Shown here: positions 1 through 9,445 of the stretch, one piece after another | Layout: each line of letters opens with the position of its first letter | How positions within the stretch are numbered: position 1 is the first letter of the stretch | Assembly: GCA_964474535.1 (NCBI GenBank) | Contig: CAYYSP010000003.1 | Location: forward strand, 134,999 to 198,998 | Direction: 5' to 3' | Length of the DNA: 64,000 nt | DNA from: an uncultured Gemmatimonadaceae bacterium | GTDB taxonomy: Bacteria; Gemmatimonadota; Gemmatimonadetes; Gemmatimonadales; Gemmatimonadaceae | Notes under the pieces: generated by a model | Database searches by the model: none | Told to the model about the DNA's origin: nothing | What the model saw: only the letters and a program-made list of their open reading frames with translations | Position numbers and translations under genes: made by a program

Positions 1-849
1 TGTTTCATCGAGCGATGGTGCTCCTACGACTTCACCACGGGCGATCCGTTCCAACCACTCGCGATATCCTTTAGTAACTGTTGCTACATACTCTGGCTTC
101 TTCTTACGCCCCTCTACCTTAAGGCATCCTACGCCGATCCTTGCTAGTTCATCCAAGTGATCATGTGCGGCCAAGTCCTTAGCAGATATAAGATATCCTG
201 AGTCGAGCGTCGCGTTGGTTTCTACATCGTTGAGAACGTAGTCCTTTCTACACGATTGGACACATGAGCCACGATTCGCCGATCGTTCGGATATCATTCC
301 GGACATGAGGCATTGTCCGGAGTACGATATGCACAGCGCACCATGAACAAACGTTTCTAGACCCAAGCTTGGCAAGGCTTCGCGAATGGCACGTACATCG
401 TCAATGGTATTCTCTCGGGCGAGTACGACGCGCTCTACACCTAGCGATTGAATAACCCGAGCGCTGGAGACATCGTGCACAGTCATTTGCGTTGACCCGT
501 GTATCTCCAACTCTGGATAAATGGCACGAATCAGCTTTACCGCTCCGATGTCTTGCACGATCGCTGCATCTATGCCGCGATCAATACATTCACCTAAATA
601 TGTTAAAGCGTCATGAAGCTCGTGTGGCTTAATAAGCACATTAAAAGTTAAGTACACGCGTACACCGCGCGCGTGCGCGATAGCGCACGCCTGTGCTAGT
701 TCGTCGAGGCTGAGTTGGGCACCTTCGTCACGCGCGTTATACATAGACGCGCCTAGGTAAACAGCATTGGCACCGTTCGCAACAGCAGCTCGCACCGCGT
801 CGATTGAACCGGCGGGCGCGAGAAGTTCAGGAACAGGCAGTCGAGTCAT
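1..849 (-). CDS. Peptidase U32 family protein (collagenase-like, YhbU/YegQ type), N-terminal part; 3' end lies outside the window
   Basis: Absent from the ORF track because it runs off the window. Hand translation from the ATG at 849-847 gives MTRLPVPELLAPAGSIDAVRAAVANGANAVYLG...VHGALCISYSGQCLMS...CLKVEGRKKKPEYV, a typical U32 N-terminal TIM-barrel pattern. The frame is open to position 1. Confidence 0.8.
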   Translation of the reverse strand, partial: MTRLPVPELLAPAGSIDAVRAAVANGANAVYLGASMYNARDEGAQLSLDELAQACAIAHARGVRVYLTFNVLIKPHELHDALTYLGECIDRGIDAAIVQDIGAVKLIRAIYPELEIHGSTQMTVHDVSSARVIQSLGVERVVLARENTIDDVRAIREALPSLGLETFVHGALCISYSGQCLMSGMISERSANRGSCVQSCRKDYVLNDVETNATLDSGYLISAKDLAAHDHLDELARIGVGCLKVEGRKKKPEYVATVTKGYREWLERIARGEVVGAPSLDET

Positions 850-857
850 TATTAATA

Positions 858-1028
858 TTATCGCGAGTTTCGCTGACGAACGCGGTCGGTAATCATCATG
901 ATTAGCGCAACTAATAGCAGTCCTATAGCCACCTTGCGTGCCGAATCTGACTCGACGCGCAACGAGTATGCGAATAGTGCTATGGCGATAACGAGCAGAA
1001 TGAGCCGAGCCTTGACTAGCGCTGTCAT
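858..1028 (-). CDS. Small (56 aa) predicted two-helix membrane protein
   Basis: Below the ORF-track cutoff. Hand translation gives MTALVKARLILLVIAIALFAYSLRVESDSARKVAIGLLLVALIMMITDRVRQRNSR, two hydrophobic stretches. It fills the gap between the DUF4387-like gene and the U32 gene on the same strand. The listed plus-strand ORF 898-1089 is its antisense. Confidence 0.35.
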   Translation of the reverse strand: MTALVKARLILLVIAIALFAYSLRVESDSARKVAIGLLLVALIMMITDRVRQRNSR

Positions 1029-1065
1029 TGTCTGCTCCTATATAAACAGTACAGGGGAGACCGCT

Positions 1066-1413
1066 TCACGATTTTATACCAAGCGCTAAAGCTTCTGCAT
1101 CGGAAACGTTTATGTACATCCGCAGCAGCGCAGTCGAATAGACTTTACCTTGCGCGTCAGTTTTAAGCGATAATGTTCCGCCTCCATCAAGTGCGCCGTG
1201 AAGCAGGAAGTTTAGCGCGCGCAAGTTAGGCAACTCAAAGCGATCGACTCCTCCCGTTATCTGACCATCGAAGTGCTCAGCAACACGTTGAGCCGTTACT
1301 TCCCTCTCAAGAAGTGGATACCACTCCGGACGAAGCGCTATAAGGCCAACGTTAGCAGTGTCACCTTTATCGCCGCTCCGCGCGTGAGCTAAGTCTAGCA
1401 ACTGAACTCGCAT
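1066..1413 (-). CDS. DUF4387-like small protein, the usual partner of AtuA/DUF1446
   Basis: 115-aa ORF located 2 nt downstream of the AtuA-family ORF. The N-terminus AHARSGDKGDTANVGLIA is as I recall for the small partner or the C-terminal part of AtuA proteins. Confidence 0.65.
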   Translation of the reverse strand: MRVQLLDLAHARSGDKGDTANVGLIALRPEWYPLLEREVTAQRVAEHFDGQITGGVDRFELPNLRALNFLLHGALDGGGTLSLKTDAQGKVYSTALLRMYINVSDAEALALGIKS

Positions 1414-1415
1414 GG

Positions 1416-2789
1416 TTACTCCGCTATTCGGACGTGGGTTGAGACAGCACGCTTATCGAGCAGCGCCGGCCAATAAGCAACGATCTCCTCAACTTTTGGG
1501 CGACCCCCAGCAAATCCAGTAACACTCGGCGGTCCATTAAGAACAAGAGGCGCGATTTCACGAGTGAAACGTTCCACCGAGGCACGATCACTGCTTCGAA
1601 CACCAATTCGGAACTGAACTTCAGGTGCAGCTTCGCCGCCACCAGCCAACGCGCCGTGTGTCGAGTTAACACCCACGAATTCAGTAAGGACTTGATCGAA
1701 GCTAAGACCCAGACGATCTAGCCGTTCACGCAAAACGCGGTCAGCACACTGTGCCTTCTCGAATGCGTCAGGCCAAGAGTAAACAAGCGTTCCAACCGCC
1801 TTGTAGCCCGCACGATACGCAATCGAAACCTTTAAGAATGGAGTTGGAACAGCACCCGTAATGCCGCTAACTCTAACTCTGTTCTCGCCGTCTTGTTCAA
1901 GTTTAATGCTTGTGAAGTCGGCGATTACATCGGGAGTTATGTAACTCTTAGGATCGCCCATTTCGTACACAAGCTGCTCAGTAACCGATGGAACAGATAT
2001 TCGTCCACCAGTGTTCGGATGCTTACGGACCACAAAAGATCCGTCCGCGCTTGCTTCGGCGATAGGATAGCCAATGTTGGCTAGGTCAGGAATGTTGCGC
2101 CAGTCGTGTAAACAATTACCTCCCGAACATTGAGCACCACACTCTAGAATATGCCCTGCAACGATCCCCGCTGCGAGCTTGTCCCAGTCGTTGTCATCCC
2201 ATCCAAACTCGTAGCGTAGCGGCGCCATAGTGAGCGCGGTATCAGTGCTACGCCCAGTCACTACAACGTTTGCACCCATTTTTAACGCCTCTACAATCGG
2301 CGTGGAACCGATATATGCGTTGGCAGCTAATACATTGTCGCGAACCGTCGAAAGCGGCTCCCCAGTATCCATATTAGAAAGCTGGTGACCGGCACTAATG
2401 AGTTCATCGAGCCTGTGCAAAATATTGTCGCCCGTAACAACACCAATACGAATTTTGCCACGGACACCACTTTTGCTAGCAGCATCAAGCACAGCGTCGG
2501 CACAAGCGTCGGGGTTAACTCCACCAGCGTTCGCAATAACTTTTACACCTTGGTTTGCTACTGCAGGAAAGACACTTTCCATAGCACCAATAAAGTCGCG
2601 TGCGTATCCCATCTGCGGGTCACGTTCCTTCTGCTTTTGCACGATAGACATCGTTACTTCAGCGAGATAGTCAAGCATGAGATAGTCGACAGGTCCGCCC
2701 TCAACTTGCCGTCTAGGTGCTTCCAACCAATCTCCCCAAAAGCCTTGTCCGCTTGCGACTCTTACAGTTCGTGAACTGTCGCGCGTCAT
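1416..2789 (-). CDS. Acyclic terpene utilisation AtuA family protein (DUF1446)
   Basis: 457-aa ORF. The patterns GFWGD...[13 protein letters not shown]...ANAGG.NP and [12 protein letters not shown] match the DUF1446/AtuA family. Confidence 0.75.
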   Translation of the reverse strand: MTRDSSRTVRVASGQGFWGDWLEAPRRQVEGGPVDYLMLDYLAEVTMSIVQKQKERDPQMGYARDFIGAMESVFPAVANQGVKVIANAGGVNPDACADAVLDAASKSGVRGKIRIGVVTGDNILHRLDELISAGHQLSNMDTGEPLSTVRDNVLAANAYIGSTPIVEALKMGANVVVTGRSTDTALTMAPLRYEFGWDDNDWDKLAAGIVAGHILECGAQCSGGNCLHDWRNIPDLANIGYPIAEASADGSFVVRKHPNTGGRISVPSVTEQLVYEMGDPKSYITPDVIADFTSIKLEQDGENRVRVSGITGAVPTPFLKVSIAYRAGYKAVGTLVYSWPDAFEKAQCADRVLRERLDRLGLSFDQVLTEFVGVNSTHGALAGGGEAAPEVQFRIGVRSSDRASVERFTREIAPLVLNGPPSVTGFAGGRPKVEEIVAYWPALLDKRAVSTHVRIAE

Positions 2790-2813
2790 GATTGCTCCGT
2801 TGTGTTTAGCACG

Positions 2814-4460
2814 TTAGGCCGACGCCATAGGCATCGGTGGCAATACGAATGCACCAAGATGTGGGCCCGGATTCCGACTAGCAGCTCGTAACGATAAAGC
2901 TAAAGTTTCGCGCGTGTTCTCCGGATACAGGATTGTGTCTATAAAACCGCGAGCGCCAGCGTAGCGCGCGTCGAGCTGGGTTTCATAGTCGGCACGCATT
3001 GCGTTAACAGCGTCCTGCACCGCGACATCAGGCTCGACTCCGGCCTTCTTAGCAGCTTCTAGCGCTGGCCCGTGAACTGCTTGAATGGCGGCCTCTCCTT
3101 CCATGACCGCCATTCTGCCGGTAGGCCACGAAAATAGAAAGTCTGGGTCGAAGCCCTGTCCTGCCATCGCGTAGTAACCTGCCCCACTCGCATGGTTAAC
3201 TGTTAAGACAATCTTGGGAACGCGCGCGCACGCCATCGCTTCAACAAAACGAGCGCCCGCACGAATAATTCCTTCATGCTCAGCGTCCGGCCCCACCATA
3301 AAACCAGAAACATCCTGAACGAAAAGAATAGGAATCCCTTGTCGTTCACATTTATCGATGAAGAACGCGACTTTGTCGGCGCTTTCCGCGTAGATAATGC
3401 CACCAAACCGAGGCCGTTCGCCCTCACGCCCTTTTATAAGTCCGCGCTGATTCGCGATAATACCAACTGGAATCCCTTCGATACGCGCATCGCCGCAGAT
3501 AATCTCTTTAGCAAGATCGCGCTGAAACTCATGTATCTCACCGTCATCGATAATAGCACGCAATAGTTCGTGCATATCGTACGACATGCGATGGTCCGTT
3601 GGCAAAATGTTGTAGAGTGCCTCTGGCCCAACCGCTGGAGGCCTGTACGCAACTGCCTTTGGTCCGTGTACTTGTTCCGGCAACCTCGCAATCATATCGC
3701 GAATTTGAGCCAGACAAGACTCGTCGTCGTCGGCTGCGTAATGAGCAACGCCGGACACTGCGGTATGAGTAGTTGCACCACCCAGCGTTTCGCCATCAAC
3801 CGACTGACCAGTCGCACCTTTCACCAAATTGGGACCACCCAACCCCATAAACGATGATCCCTTCACCATAAGGATCACATCGCTCAAGGCAGGAAGGTAC
3901 GCGCCACCCGCAACACATTGTCCCATTACGGCCGCTATCTGAGGTATTCGAAGATAGCGACGCATAATTGAATTATAGTAGAAAATACGCGCAGCGCCGT
4001 ACTGACCGGGGAAAACGCCTCCCTGATACGGCAAGTTAACTCCCGCCGAATCTACTAAGTACACAATTGGTATTCTGCAGCGCATCGCAATTTCCTGCGC
4101 TCGCAAAATCTTTGTTATCGTCTCCGGCCACCACGAACCCGCCTTAACGGTAGCATCATTTGCAACTACCACAACTTCTCTACCGTTAACTACTCCAACG
4201 CCAGTGATAACTCCGGCCGAAGGTGCCTGTCCATCGTAACGATCATGAGCAACGAGTAAACCGATCTCAAGAAATGGTTGCTTCTCATCAAGCAACTTCT
4301 CAACCCGTTCCCGTGCGGTAAGTTTGCCCTGCTTGTGCTGCCGCGCAATTTTGTCAGGTCCACCGCCCTGACGAAGCAATGTTTCAAGTTCGCGTAGTTC
4401 GGCGCTTAGCTTCTTAAGTCTCGTTGTCACGCGTCTTGCTGTTCCCTCATAGTGAACCAT
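2814..4460 (-). CDS. Acyl-CoA carboxylase carboxyltransferase (beta) subunit, methylcrotonyl-/geranyl-CoA carboxylase (MccB/AtuC) type
   Basis: 548-aa [44 protein letters not shown] and [13 protein letters not shown] resemble MCCase/GCCase beta more than PccB (which has QDFTV.GGS). No biotin carboxylase or BCCP gene is in the window. Confidence 0.85.
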   Translation of the reverse strand: MVHYEGTARRVTTRLKKLSAELRELETLLRQGGGPDKIARQHKQGKLTARERVEKLLDEKQPFLEIGLLVAHDRYDGQAPSAGVITGVGVVNGREVVVVANDATVKAGSWWPETITKILRAQEIAMRCRIPIVYLVDSAGVNLPYQGGVFPGQYGAARIFYYNSIMRRYLRIPQIAAVMGQCVAGGAYLPALSDVILMVKGSSFMGLGGPNLVKGATGQSVDGETLGGATTHTAVSGVAHYAADDDESCLAQIRDMIARLPEQVHGPKAVAYRPPAVGPEALYNILPTDHRMSYDMHELLRAIIDDGEIHEFQRDLAKEIICGDARIEGIPVGIIANQRGLIKGREGERPRFGGIIYAESADKVAFFIDKCERQGIPILFVQDVSGFMVGPDAEHEGIIRAGARFVEAMACARVPKIVLTVNHASGAGYYAMAGQGFDPDFLFSWPTGRMAVMEGEAAIQAVHGPALEAAKKAGVEPDVAVQDAVNAMRADYETQLDARYAGARGFIDTILYPENTRETLALSLRAASRNPGPHLGAFVLPPMPMASA

Positions 4461-4840
4461 TCGCGGATGTAGTCCACAAGATCTTGCGTACTTGTACCCG
4501 GACCAAAAAGCTTACCGATTCCCTGTTCCTGGAGGGCTTCCATGTCTTCCTTAGGGATAATCCCTCCACCAGTAACTAATACGTCGTCGCGTCCCTGCTC
4601 CGCTAACAGATCGCGAACTCGAGGGAACAGCGTCATGTGTGCACCGCTCAAAATTGAGAGGCCCACGACGTCGACGTCCTCTTGAACAGCAGCGCTAGCT
4701 ATCATCTCTGGCGTTTGGTGCAGTCCAGTGTAGATAACTTCCATACCTGCATCTCGAAGTGCGGCCGCAACTACTTTTGCACCGCGATCGTGCCCATCAA
4801 GCCCGGGCTTGGCAACCAGTACCCTAATCGGTCGTGACAT
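4427..4840 (-). CDS. B12-binding small subunit of a split acyl-CoA mutase
   Basis: 137-aa ORF with [19 protein letters not shown] (DxHxxG cobalamin-binding motif) and SILSGAH. Its 3' end overlaps the carboxyltransferase start by 34 nt. Confidence 0.9.
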   Translation of the reverse strand: MSRPIRVLVAKPGLDGHDRGAKVVAAALRDAGMEVIYTGLHQTPEMIASAAVQEDVDVVGLSILSGAHMTLFPRVRDLLAEQGRDDVLVTGGGIIPKEDMEALQEQGIGKLFGPGTSTQDLVDYIREWFTMREQQDA

Positions 4841-4867
4841 AGACGTGTAATCTAGTAGGAAACAGGG

Positions 4868-5509
4868 TTATGAGTCGTTCTGCTCTTTTCGAGCTACCAA
4901 TAGCATCTCGCCCGACTTTCTAGTAAGCGAGCGGTCGGTCCAGCCGCTGTAGGCGCGCTCGACTGTTAGCCCCACTTCACGCATGCGAGACGCCAACTCG
5001 GACGCACTGTACAAACGTATTTTATGCGACCTCTCACCTTCACCCTCAGGGCCGCGCCACGTAGATGTAATTGACAGGAAACCCGAGAGTGGATCGAAAC
5101 TCCTCTCCTGACCGAACATGGTGCCATCGGCCGTGCTCCACCAATCTCGGCTTAAAAACCGCGACATTACACCGTCGCGACTGCCACCATGCCAAATGAG
5201 AATACCGCCGGGCCGTAATACACGAGAGAACTCGCTTAGAACCTTTAAGTCGTCGTCCGGATGATCAAAAAAACCAAACGACGTGAAAAGATTAACAACA
5301 GCGTCAAACCTGCTCGTCCATTTCGAAGGTAAGCTGCGCATGTCGCCGCGCGTATACCGAAGATTACTGCCCACTCCGCGACGCTTGGCTTGCTCAAGAA
5401 GATGAGCTGAATAATCGAGCCCATCTACGTTGTAGCCAGCTTCGGCCAACAGTTGCGAGTGCCTGCCCTGCCCGCATGGGCAGTCTAAGACGCGTGCCCC
5501 TGCTGGCAA
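4868..5509 (-). CDS. Class I SAM-dependent methyltransferase (5' end unresolved, see findings)
   Basis: VLDCPCGQGRH is motif I (GxGxG-like) and AVVNLFTSFGFF is the post-I/II region. The track start (TTG at 5509) sits only 7 codons before motif I. The frame stays open and protein-like (WWETHFDALYLQEYEPIFNLAQDRSEVARLVELLE) up to 5652, with no ATG/GTG/TTG in it. Confidence 0.8.
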   Translation of the reverse strand: MPAGARVLDCPCGQGRHSQLLAEAGYNVDGLDYSAHLLEQAKRRGVGSNLRYTRGDMRSLPSKWTSRFDAVVNLFTSFGFFDHPDDDLKVLSEFSRVLRPGGILIWHGGSRDGVMSRFLSRDWWSTADGTMFGQERSFDPLSGFLSITSTWRGPEGEGERSHKIRLYSASELASRMREVGLTVERAYSGWTDRSLTRKSGEMLLVARKEQNDS

Positions 5510-5637
5510 CTCAAGAAGCTCGACGAGACGAGCTACCTCACTCCTGTCTTGAGCGAGGTTGAATATTGGCTCGTATTCTTGGAGGTAGAGTGCATCGAAA
5601 TGCGTTTCCCACCAAGGTCTGTTAGATCGCGCCGCGC

Positions 5638-7332
5638 TCAGAAAAACACCGGTTCACGATACGCGCCGAACACATCTTCTAGTGCAGCACGAATCTCGTA
5701 AAGGGTGCAGTATGCACGCGCGCAATCAAGAATGAACGGCACTACGTTCTCACTGCTAGCTGCAGCGTTACGTAACGCTTGTAACCGCTGCTCAACAAGC
5801 TGAGAATCTCGTGTAGCACGTAAACGAGCCATGTTCTCGCGCTGCTCTTTCTCCGCCTCATCTCCAATTCTAAGAAGCGGAATTGATAGCTCTGGCTCAT
5901 CTGTGACGAAATCGTTCACACCAACTACGATTTTACGCCGCTGCTCGATCTCCCACTGCTGACGAGCCGCACTCTCCGCAATGCGCTTCTGGAACCACCC
6001 TTCCTCAAGCCCTTTCACTACGCCGCCAATTTCATCAATGCTCTCAAAGAGTGACTCAGCCTCGCGTTCTAGCGAATCTGTGAGCGCCTCTATGTAATAA
6101 GAACCACCTAGCGGGTCCATAACGTTTGGCACTCCACTCTCATACGCAAGTATCTGTTGCGTACGTAGAGCTACTTGCACCGCAGACTCAGTGGGGAGCG
6201 ACAAAGTTTCGTCCATTGAGTTCGTATGCAATGACTGAGTACCGCCGAGCACCGCTGCCATAGCCTGATACGCAACACGCACAACGTTGTTCATAGGTTG
6301 TTGCGCTGTGAGTGTCACACCAGCCGTTTGCGAGTGAAAGCGCATCATCCAAGAACGTGGGTTCTTTGCACCGTAACGCTCTTTCATGTGACGTGCCCAT
6401 ATACGTCTCGCCGCACGCAACTTCGCAATCTCTTCGAAAAAGTCGTTGTGAATGTCCCAAAAGAACGACAACCGCGGCGCAAAATCGTCGACGTTAAGTC
6501 CACGCTCTATACCGCGTTCTACATACGTGAAGCCGTCCGCAAGCGTAAACGCTAGTTCTTGCGCTGCCGTAGATCCTGCTTCTCGTATGTGATAGCCAGA
6601 GATAGATATCGTGTTCCAATTTGGGACATTCGTAGCGCACCACTCGAAACCGTCCACAATTAAACGAAGCGCTGGCTCGATTGGGAAACACCACGCATGC
6701 TGCGCCATGTACTCTTTGAGAATATCGTTTTGAACGGTACCCTGGAGTTTTGACGCGGGAACGCCCTGTTTTTCGGCAGCAGCTATGTAAAAACAGAGCA
6801 GAATGATGGCAGGACCATTTATTGTCATTGAAGTTGATACCTTGTCCAACGGTATCCCTTCAAACAAACTTTCCATGTCAGCAAGCGATGATATTGCAAC
6901 TCCGCATTTCCCAACTTCGCCTTCAGATCTTGGATGGTCTGAGTCGTAGCCCATTAGCGTGGGGAAATCAAATGCTACAGATAGCCCCGTTTGCCCCTGC
7001 GAGAGCAAAAACTTGTAACGTGCGTTCGTTTCGCGAGCCGTTGAGAAGCCTGCGAACTGACGCATCGTCCAAAGTTTACCACGGTAACCTGTTGGATGAA
7101 TGCCGCGCGTAAACGGATACTTGCCCGGCACCTCGAACGCCGATCCAGCAGTATCTGCAAGGTCAAGGGCAGAATAAAGCGGATCTATCTCACGAGCTGA
7201 GTTAGTAAAACCAATATCACGTTTACGCCCAGCGTCATAGCTTTCGCGCCAATGCTCAAGCTCCTTTCGTAAACTGTCGAGCTCGTCTTGCTGCTGCTTT
7301 ACTATGTCTTCAAGATCGCGAGTGCTGGTCAT
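5638..7332 (-). CDS. B12-dependent acyl-CoA mutase large (catalytic) subunit, isobutyryl-CoA mutase-like
   Basis: 564-aa [72 protein letters not shown] and C-terminal EPVFF match the mutase TIM-barrel domain. There is no fused B12 domain, which is encoded separately at 4427-4840. Confidence 0.9.
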   Translation of the reverse strand: MTSTRDLEDIVKQQQDELDSLRKELEHWRESYDAGRKRDIGFTNSAREIDPLYSALDLADTAGSAFEVPGKYPFTRGIHPTGYRGKLWTMRQFAGFSTARETNARYKFLLSQGQTGLSVAFDFPTLMGYDSDHPRSEGEVGKCGVAISSLADMESLFEGIPLDKVSTSMTINGPAIILLCFYIAAAEKQGVPASKLQGTVQNDILKEYMAQHAWCFPIEPALRLIVDGFEWCATNVPNWNTISISGYHIREAGSTAAQELAFTLADGFTYVERGIERGLNVDDFAPRLSFFWDIHNDFFEEIAKLRAARRIWARHMKERYGAKNPRSWMMRFHSQTAGVTLTAQQPMNNVVRVAYQAMAAVLGGTQSLHTNSMDETLSLPTESAVQVALRTQQILAYESGVPNVMDPLGGSYYIEALTDSLEREAESLFESIDEIGGVVKGLEEGWFQKRIAESAARQQWEIEQRRKIVVGVNDFVTDEPELSIPLLRIGDEAEKEQRENMARLRATRDSQLVEQRLQALRNAAASSENVVPFILDCARAYCTLYEIRAALEDVFGAYREPVFF

Positions 7333-8477
7333 GAGTTCGTTCCGGAAAGTTCGCCGAGCACGGGCCCGGTCATGAGGTCAGCACTCCGCGCGCGAAGTGC
7401 ATCGGCTACAAGAAACGGCGAAACGCGCCCCGACTCAATATCGGGGATTTGAGTGTTCAGCCAATCTGTGGTCTCGGTGTCCTGCCATAACTTGTAACGG
7501 AGTTGTTGTTCCACAACCTCCATTACGCGTTCTCTAAGCCTCAACCTTCTGCGCGACCGTAATTCGCCACTCTTTTCAAGATAACGAAAATGTCGGTCAA
7601 ACGAATCTACTAACTCTTCGATCCCCTCTTTCTTAGCGGCTATGGTGCGCAGAACCGGAGGGGTCCACAACTGTGCATCGTCATCTCTGGCCGCAGCTCG
7701 AGCCGCCCTAGCAGGGTTCATCGCATTCCGTAGCGCGTCTTTGTCCTCAATCGATCTGAGGTCCACGCCATGATGTGCTGGTAGGTCTTTGAGCGCAGCA
7801 CCCGCCCTAAGTCCAAGCATCAACTCTATGTCGTTGCGCAACCTGTCTGCGCCCGGACGATCAGCTTTATTAACGGCGTAAATATCAGCTATCTCCATGA
7901 CTCCAGCCTTGAGCGTCTGAATAGAATCTCCCGATTCAGGCACTAGTACAACCAAGGTGGAGTCGGCGGCACGAGCCACGTCTAACTCACTTTGCCCAAC
8001 TCCAACTGTTTCAATGAGAATTATGTCTTTCCCGAATGCATCGAGGACATCACACACTTCTCGCGTTGCCGTTGCCAAACCGCCAAGCGAGCCTCGCGTA
8101 GCCATCGACCGAATAAAGACGCCGGGATCTAGCGCTACGTCTTCCATGCGAATGCGGTCACCAAGTAACGCCCCACCGGTGAACGGCGATGTAGGGTCGA
8201 CCGCCACAATGCCGACCGTTTTGCCCTGATCACGAAAAGCGCGCGCGAGCTGCGTTGTCATTGTGCTTTTGCCAGCGCCCGGGGGACCTGTTATTCCAAT
8301 TCGACGCGCGCGGCCCAAACTGCTGTGTAAGTCAGCGAGAACAACGTCAAAGCCAACACGGTGGTTCTCAACGACGCTTACTACTCGAGCGAGAGCAGCA
8401 GGCTTGCCAGCACGAAAATCTTCAAGCAAGCGCAGCATACGCGGAGTCATGTTTCCCTGTTCCGACAATGATCTCAA
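7329..8477 (-). CDS. meaB: Methylmalonyl Co-A mutase-associated GTPase MeaB (G3E family chaperone)
   Basis: P-loop GPPGAGKST, then [18 protein letters not shown] and VNKAD (NKxD). The TTG start at 8477 overlaps the upstream stop (TTGA). An alternative ATG lies at 8450 ([12 protein letters not shown]). Confidence 0.9.
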   Translation of the reverse strand: MRSLSEQGNMTPRMLRLLEDFRAGKPAALARVVSVVENHRVGFDVVLADLHSSLGRARRIGITGPPGAGKSTMTTQLARAFRDQGKTVGIVAVDPTSPFTGGALLGDRIRMEDVALDPGVFIRSMATRGSLGGLATATREVCDVLDAFGKDIILIETVGVGQSELDVARAADSTLVVLVPESGDSIQTLKAGVMEIADIYAVNKADRPGADRLRNDIELMLGLRAGAALKDLPAHHGVDLRSIEDKDALRNAMNPARAARAAARDDDAQLWTPPVLRTIAAKKEGIEELVDSFDRHFRYLEKSGELRSRRRLRLRERVMEVVEQQLRYKLWQDTETTDWLNTQIPDIESGRVSPFLVADALRARSADLMTGPVLGELSGTNS

Positions 8478-9445
8478 GACTCGGCCTCCTGCTCACGCGG
8501 AGCTGGTTCGTCGTGCTCGTCTCGTATGTCACCTACGAGCTCTTCAAGAAGGTCTTCCAACGTTACCAACCCAACTACAATTCCGCTCTCGTTCTTAACA
8601 ATTGCGAGCTGACGGCGCGCACGCAACATCTCAAACAACAGCTCGTTAGCAGCCCTGTCAGCAGGAGTAATAGTAACTTGGCGTACCGGAGGTAGGCGTT
8701 CACCTGCTTCGCGAAACACGTCGAAGGCGTGAAGCATACCTACAATGTTATCAAGAGATCCATGATAAATCGGGACTCTGCTATATGCAGCTGCAGCTAC
8801 CTGCTTAGCTACTTCATCAGGGGCTAGCGAGCCATCGAGTGCAAAAATGTCGTCCCGAGCTGTCATTACATCGGTCACTACCTTGTCACCGAACTGAACG
8901 ACCCCCGATATAATCGCCATTTCTTCAGTCGCTCCTATATCCTCAAGAGCTCCTTCTCTAAGCATGTCTTCGATTCCTTCTCTTGCGTCTGCACCCTGAA
9001 CAGGTCTTCTACGCAATATTTGATTTACTACGAACTTCGCGAACGCAAGAAATGGCGATACAAGAATGTCGACGAAGCGCAGCAACGGCATTGATGCCGG
9101 AAACACCTTTGTAGACCATCTGCGCGCGATGGCTCTAGGTAATAGCTGCCCCACCACCACAACGAGCAGTAAAAAAAGTGTTGTGCTGGCGATGAGCTGA
9201 AGTGATGTAATGTTCTCCTGCATAGCGATAGAAGCACCACCCGTAAAAACGAGCAGCGTAATCGCGGTGCCAGCCGCATGAATCAATCTTACTGGTTTCT
9301 CTAGGTAACTAGAGAGGATGTCGCCACTACCCTTTCTTTCAACCCAATGGCGCATCCATACACGACCAACTGCACGAACGCTCGTCGCCCCTAGGGTAAG
9401 AAGCGCAACAAGAATAACGATAACCAACATCGCGAACAGTGACAT
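8474..9445 (-). CDS. CNNM/DUF21 membrane protein with a CBS pair and no CorC_HlyC C-terminal domain
   Basis: 323-aa ORF with an N-terminal multi-TM DUF21-like region followed by a CBS pair (VMTARDDIFAL..., LAIVKNESGIVVGLVTLEDLLEELVGDIRDEHD). It ends right after the CBS pair. Confidence 0.8.
   Translation of the reverse strand: MSLFAMLVIVILVALLTLGATSVRAVGRVWMRHWVERKGSGDILSSYLEKPVRLIHAAGTAITLLVFTGGASIAMQENITSLQLIASTTLFLLLVVVVGQLLPRAIARRWSTKVFPASMPLLRFVDILVSPFLAFAKFVVNQILRRRPVQGADAREGIEDMLREGALEDIGATEEMAIISGVVQFGDKVVTDVMTARDDIFALDGSLAPDEVAKQVAAAAYSRVPIYHGSLDNIVGMLHAFDVFREAGERLPPVRQVTITPADRAANELLFEMLRARRQLAIVKNESGIVVGLVTLEDLLEELVGDIRDEHDEPAPREQEAES

Noticed and set aside
898-1089. 63-aa plus-strand ORF in the gap between the U32 and DUF4387 genes
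   Set aside because: The minus-strand 56-aa two-helix membrane ORF (858-1028) fits the operon direction better. Neither is strongly supported.
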